DNA of 64,000 nucleotides from Acetobacteraceae bacterium (GTDB lineage Bacteria; Pseudomonadota; Alphaproteobacteria; Acetobacterales; Acetobacteraceae): NCBI GenBank assembly GCA_022842185.1, contig JALHQB010000002.1, positions 15,496 to 79,495 of the forward strand, read 5' to 3'. Shown piece by piece: positions 62,690 to 64,000 of this stretch (position 1 is its first letter; each line of letters starts with the position of its first letter). The notes under the pieces were generated by a model. It saw only the letters and a program-made list of their open reading frames with translations, ran no database searches and was not told where the DNA came from. The position numbers and the translations under genes were made by a program.

Positions 62690-62852
62690 TTGGAGGGGCG
62701 CTGCCCCTCCAAACCACCCCGCCAGGAGGCAACGGCCTCCTGGACCGCGGGAACTTGGCGCCGCGCCGATAGGCAGCCCCAAAATCGAGGTTTCCAAAGG
62801 CCTTAAGCCTTTGGTGGGGTGAGGTTTGGAGAGGGGCCAAGCCCCTCTCCAA
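62690..62852. repeat. REP/REPIN-like palindromic element with four hairpins
   Basis: Hairpins 62690-62712, 62722-62743, 62794-62814, 62826-62852; left and right units are imperfect inverted copies. Confidence 0.65.
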
Positions 62853-62869
62853 GGCGCCCCGCCAACCCC

Positions 62870-63496
62870 TCACCACGCCACCCCCAACCGTTCCCGCAGC
62901 ACCCCCCCGATCGCCGCGAATACCGCGTCCGGCGCCCCCGAGGCATCGACCACCGCGCAACGCCCCGGTTCGGCCGCCGCGATGGCCAGGAAGCCGTCCC
63001 GCACCCGTTCGTGGAAAGCCAGGCCCATACGTTCATACCGGTCGGCCCCGCTGCGGGCCGCGGCGCGGGCCATGCCATCCGCCGGCGGCATATCCAGCAC
63101 CACCGTCGCATCCGGCGCGAAGCCTTGCAGCGCGACCGCCGCCAGCCGCGCCCAGACCTCGCGCGGCAGGCCCTGCGCGCCCTGATAGGCCAGGGTGGAA
63201 TCGGCGAAGCGATCGCAGACCACCCAGCCCCCGGCGTCCAGAAACGGGCGGATCGTCTTCGCCAGGTGTTCCCGCCGCGCGGCGAAATGCAGCATGGCCT
63301 CGGCCACCGCATCCCACGGCCCGTGGCCGAGCAGCAGGTCGCGGATGCGCTCGGCACCCGGCGTGCCGCCGGGTTCGCGGGTACGCAACACCGGCACGCC
63401 GGCACCGGCGAGCGCCGCCGCGAGGCGCCGCGCCTGAGTGGATTTGCCCGCCCCCTCGCCGCCTTCCAGCGTGATGAAGCGCCCGCGTAGGGTCAT
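62870..63496 (-). CDS. tmk: Thymidylate kinase
   Basis: EGGEGAGKSTQ, TREPGG, CDRFADSTLAYQG. Confidence 0.96.
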   Translation of the reverse strand: MTLRGRFITLEGGEGAGKSTQARRLAAALAGAGVPVLRTREPGGTPGAERIRDLLLGHGPWDAVAEAMLHFAARREHLAKTIRPFLDAGGWVVCDRFADSTLAYQGAQGLPREVWARLAAVALQGFAPDATVVLDMPPADGMARAAARSGADRYERMGLAFHERVRDGFLAIAAAEPGRCAVVDASGAPDAVFAAIGGVLRERLGVAW

Positions 63497-63503
63497 GCCG
63501 CCG

Positions 63504-64000
63504 TCAGCCCCGGGATCCGAAGACCATCTGGCTGACCACGGCCGGGATACGCGAAATCAGGCCGAGCTTTTCGACATCCGCGCCGGCCAGCAAGGGCACG
63601 CGCAGTTCCGGCACGCCCTGCCCGCCCACCTGCATCTCGCCGATCTGCTGGCCGCGCGCGACGGGTGCTGTCAGCGGGGATGTGTAATGCAGGCGCACCT
63701 GCAGGCGGGACCGCCATTGCCGCGGCAGCGTCAGCACCAGGTCACGCCCGCCCACCATCGGCACCTTGGCCCGTTCGCCAAGATAAACAGGCACGTCCTC
63801 GATCGTGTCCTGGGCGCGGAACAGCACCACCGCCTCGAATTCGCGGAAGGCCCATTCCATCAGCCGGTCGCTTTCCTCTGCACGGGCGCGCATCGAAGGC
63901 AGGCCATTGACCACGAGGATCACCCGGCGGTCACCGCGCACCGCACTGCCGGTCAGCCCGTATCCCGCTTCCTCCGTATGCCCGGTCTTGAGACCATCGG
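63504..64000 (-). CDS. D-alanyl-D-alanine carboxypeptidase, 3' part (5' end outside window)
   Basis: KTGHTEEAGYGL visible at the window edge, followed by a PBP5-like C-terminal domain. Confidence 0.85.
   Translation of the reverse strand, partial: DGLKTGHTEEAGYGLTGSAVRGDRRVILVVNGLPSMRARAEESDRLMEWAFREFEAVVLFRAQDTIEDVPVYLGERAKVPMVGGRDLVLTLPRQWRSRLQVRLHYTSPLTAPVARGQQIGEMQVGGQGVPELRVPLLAGADVEKLGLISRIPAVVSQMVFGSRG

Noticed and set aside
62690-62852. CRISPR array interpretation of the hairpin cluster
   Set aside because: No direct repeats with unique spacers and no cas genes.

Overview
GC-rich alphaproteobacterial chromosome segment; gene order and proteins resemble Acetobacteraceae/Roseomonas-like genomes (inference). 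It spans the probable replication terminus: a 28-bp dif (XerCD) site lies at 25548-25575, most genes to its left are on +, almost all genes to its right are on -, and the KOPS-like octamers I spotted by eye flip strand across it. Left arm: thiolase, a GGDEF-EAL/HD-GYP pair, ispDF, then dusB-ntrBC-ntrYX-dat-(SnoaL)-HAD-hfq-hflX-IMPase-greB, followed by a short accessory stretch. Right arm: dnaE, lolD with two lolC/E paralogues, proS, an MmgR/suhB-type sRNA, rnj, coaX, birA, a complete nuoA-N operon, tRNA-Asp, tRNA-Val, hup, lon, clpX, clpP, MBL hydrolase, tatD, metG, holB, tmk, partial dacA. The standout is a compact stand-alone ORF (18385/18400-18954) carrying all five active-site residues of ribosome-inactivating proteins (Shiga/ricin A-chain fold). 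It has no signal peptide, B-chain or evident immunity gene and sits directly behind hfq-hflX-IMPase-greB. Other leads: substitutions near cluster N2 of complex I (NuoB CCAVP, NuoD SHYH), a membrane-anchored XRE-HTH protein beside tRNA-Val, a four-hairpin REPIN-like element, and a mazG 3' end with foreign-looking codons joined to a secreted GGxxCC protein. All motif calls were made by eye; no searches were run.
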